Positions 63,950 through 64,000 of a stretch of 64,000 nucleotides of DNA are shown piece by piece. Source of the DNA: the human T2T-CHM13v2.0 reference genome, Homo sapiens. The DNA lies in assembly GCF_009914755.1 (NCBI RefSeq), contig NC_060927.1. One strand, 5' to 3'. The first letter of the stretch is position 1; every line of letters starts with the position of its first letter. The position numbers were made by a program, and so were the translations under genes. Below the pieces are notes generated by a model. It did no database searches and was not told where the DNA came from. It saw only the letters and a list, made by a program, of their open reading frames with translations.

Positions 63950-64000
63950 AGCCAGGCACAGTGGCTCACGCCTGTAATCCCAGCACTTTGGGAGGCCGAA
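63950..64000 (+). mobile_element. Alu 5' end, runs off the window
   Basis: gccaggcacagtggctcacgcctgtaatcccagcactttggg. Confidence 0.9.

Overview
Human-type genomic DNA, recognised as the MRPS22/COPB2 locus (3q23). The right third holds the complete 8-exon MRPS22 gene (+, 49580-62567, 360 aa, all GT-AG junctions checked) with a CpG-rich ETS/ZNF143 promoter, and the last two coding exons of COPB2 (-), tail-to-tail with it. The middle holds a full-length L1HS Ta-1d with intact ORF1, ORF2 and ORF0 and a 15-bp TSD, nested in a solo THE1 LTR. It also holds a 5'-truncated, TSD-less L1PA2-type copy. The rest is Alus, MaLR LTRs, MER20, MER53, old L1M pieces and microsatellites. The main unexplained signal is a chain of about 20-25 minus-strand exon-like relics between about 47.5 kb and 1 kb. 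They have good splice sites and translate, through stops and frameshifts, into ankyrin-like then armadillo-like motifs, apparently twice over. This suggests a decayed ANKAR-like multi-exon gene lying head-to-head with MRPS22; it is a by-eye inference and needs homology searches. Several short local templated duplications, one chimeric and one inverted, are also visible.
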